NCBI GenBank assembly: GCA_038242985.1
Contig: JBBSRN010000001.1
Location: forward strand, 1 to 37,860
Reading direction: 5' to 3'
DNA: 37,860 nt
From: Propionibacteriales bacterium
GTDB lineage: Bacteria; Actinomycetota; Actinomycetes; Propionibacteriales; Nocardioidaceae
In this document: one piece after another, positions 37,258 to 37,860 of the stretch
Position numbering within the stretch: the stretch's first letter is position 1
Layout: each line of letters opens with the position of its first letter
The notes under the pieces: generated by a model
Databases searched by the model: none
What the model was told of the DNA's origin: nothing
Seen by the model: only the letters and a program-made list of their open reading frames with translations
Position numbers and translations under genes: made by a program

Positions 37258-37860
37258 TCAGCGGGTGACGAAGATGTGGCCGGCGGCCTCGACGTCGATC
37301 TCGGCCGTCTCGCCCTGACGGGCCACCATCACTCCTGCGGTACCGGTGGAGGCGAGCACGTCGTTGCCCGGCAGCGCGCCGACGCGGCGCAAGACCGACA
37401 TGACCTCGGTGTCCTTCTGGATCTCCTCGGCGATGCGACGGACGACCACCCGGGTCGGCTCGGCACCGGCTGCTGCGGCCAGGGACTCCACGCCGTCCAG
37501 GAACGCCGTCGAGGGCAAGGTCTCGCCCAGCTCGTCCAGTCCGGGGATCGGGTTGCCGTACGGGGACTCCGTGGGGTGGCCGAGCAGCTCGACGAGGCGT
37601 CGCTCGACCTGTTCGGACATCACGTGCTCCCAGCGGCACGCCTCCTCGTGCACGAACTCGATCTCCAGACCGATGATGTCGGTGAGCAGACGTTCGGCGA
37701 GGCGATGCTTGCGCATGACACGCGTGGCGAGCTGGCGGCCCTTGTCGGACAGCTCCAGGTGGCGATCGCCCTGGACCGTGATGAGTCCGTCGCGCTCCAT
37801 GCGGGCGACCGTCTGGCTGACCGTCGGACCGCTCTGGTGCAGGCGCTCGGCGATCCGTGC
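37258..37860 (-). CDS. ideR: DtxR/IdeR family metal-dependent regulator (5' end beyond window)
   Basis: ARIAERLHQSGPTVSQTVARMERDGL, VMRKHRLAERLL, VHEEACRWEHVMS, SPYGNPIPGL. Confidence 0.9.
   Translation of the reverse strand, partial: ARIAERLHQSGPTVSQTVARMERDGLITVQGDRHLELSDKGRQLATRVMRKHRLAERLLTDIIGLEIEFVHEEACRWEHVMSEQVERRLVELLGHPTESPYGNPIPGLDELGETLPSTAFLDGVESLAAAAGAEPTRVVVRRIAEEIQKDTEVMSVLRRVGALPGNDVLASTGTAGVMVARQGETAEIDVEAAGHIFVTR

Overview
High-GC actinobacterial chromosome segment (protein content suggests Nocardioidaceae/Aeromicrobium-like; taxon is inference). The backbone follows the conserved actinobacterial order ispE-rsmA-rpfB-tatD-metG-rsmI-pmt ... tRNA-Ala-sepX/glpR-rimJ-mog-moaC-moeA-[galU slot]-5-FTHF cyclo-ligase ... 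fmdB-SAF-mscL. It is flanked by a tam/amidase/tamR locus plus an ABC-F gene on the left, and by tRNA-Arg, DUF3152, cfa-like, DUF1295 and a partial DtxR/IdeR gene on the right. Accessory inserts are a UbiA + geranylgeranyl-reductase-like pair, a tandem CNNM/CBS pair, and a ~9 kb co-oriented block downstream of tRNA-Ala holding an 8-gene Tad/Flp pilus operon followed directly by alkB-rubredoxin-TetR. Two real genes missing from the ORF track were read directly: partial tam (1-603) and a rubredoxin (14710-14877). The most notable observations are: (1) the Tad+alkB block with tandem DosR-like palindromes upstream of the pilin; (2) only a RubA/AlkG1-type rubredoxin in the alk operon; (3) a repeat-built candidate leader peptide coupled to the CNNM pair; (4) pervasive leaderless-type promoters, four of which use the upstream gene's TAG stop as the start of the -10 box; (5) a eukaryote-type UGPase in the galU slot. 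No integrase, IS or CRISPR was seen. All calls come from motif recognition, not database searches.
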